DNA of 6,159 nucleotides from a virus (Duplodnaviria; Heunggongvirae; Uroviricota; Caudoviricetes): IMG/VR virus record IMGVR_UViG_2531839236_000025; one strand, 5' to 3'. Shown piece by piece: positions 6,035 to 6,159 of this stretch (position 1 is its first letter; each line of letters starts with the position of its first letter). The notes under the pieces were generated by a model. It saw only the letters and a program-made list of their open reading frames with translations, ran no database searches and was not told where the DNA came from. The position numbers and the translations under genes were made by a program.

Positions 6035-6159
6035 TTAGTTCAGGCACTGAGTGCGGATATAGTCCTGTGCCCCTTCCAGCTGCTTCTGCATTGTCATCAA
6101 CCGTTCTCTGAGGATGAAATAATCCCGTTCAGCGGTGTCTGCCAGTCGGGGGCCGGTTG
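6035..6159 (-). CDS. Rz: Rz (i-spanin) 3' partial; C-terminal 40 codons, gene continues beyond window
   Basis: Minus-strand translation from the window edge: TGPRLADTAERDYFILRERLMTMQKQLEGAQDYIRTQCLN*, stop TAA at 6037..6035. Closely matches the lambda Rz C-terminus as I recall it (PRLADTAERDYFTLRERLITMQKQLEGTQKYINEQCR). Confidence 0.8.
   Translation of the reverse strand, partial: TGPRLADTAERDYFILRERLMTMQKQLEGAQDYIRTQCLN
6097..6159 (-). CDS. Rz1: Rz1 (o-spanin) 3' partial; embedded in the +1 frame of Rz
   Basis: Alternate minus-strand frame translates QPAPDWQTPLNGIISSSENG*, stop TGA at 6099..6097. Matches the lambda Rz1 C-terminus as recalled (PPDWQTPLNGIISPSERG). Fully nested within Rz, as in lambda. 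Confidence 0.7.
   Translation of the reverse strand, partial: QPAPDWQTPLNGIISSSENG

Noticed and set aside
5825-6111. Arg-rich 68-aa minus ORF 5825..6031 (TTG start 4 nt after the Rz stop) and plus ORF 5923..6111
   Set aside because: The plus ORF overlaps Rz/Rz1 antisense. The minus ORF has a non-ATG start, no SD and a low-complexity Arg/Cys-rich translation; it cannot be fully excluded but is not supportable from sequence alone.
1-6159. Looked for integrase, attachment-site direct repeats, tRNA/rRNA genes, transposase/IS ends and recognisable defence-system genes (restriction-modification, abortive infection, toxin-antitoxin with known folds)
   Set aside because: No ORF of suitable size or motif content and no cloverleaf-like or terminal inverted repeat structures seen by eye. 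The only candidate accessory cargo is the AT-rich island with two very small ORFs, reported above as uncertain.

Overview
This window reads as the late (lysis-to-head) region of a lambdoid prophage with an HK97-type packaging and head module, almost entirely on the minus strand. From high to low coordinates: the 3' ends of the nested spanin genes Rz/Rz1 (6035-6159), a strongly AT-rich moron-like island (about 5414-5844) holding a plus-strand 61-aa putative DNA-binding ORF and an untracked 46-aa hydrophobic ORF, an HNH endonuclease (4821-5186), a 289-bp non-coding region with five clustered GTTAACAT motifs that I interpret as the cos/terminase-binding region (4532-4820), terminase small subunit (3968-4531), terminase large subunit (2310-3971), a single 645-aa ORF fusing prohead protease, scaffold-like coiled coil and major capsid protein (309-2246), and a 73-aa ORF (43-264). 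No portal gene lies between terL and the protease-capsid ORF. I found no rRNA, tRNA, CRISPR array, integrase or transposase. I see no clear evidence of a new multi-gene system; the most novel candidates are the moron island ORFs and the repeat array. All calls rest on reading the translations and sequence by eye and on recalled family motifs; no database search was run.
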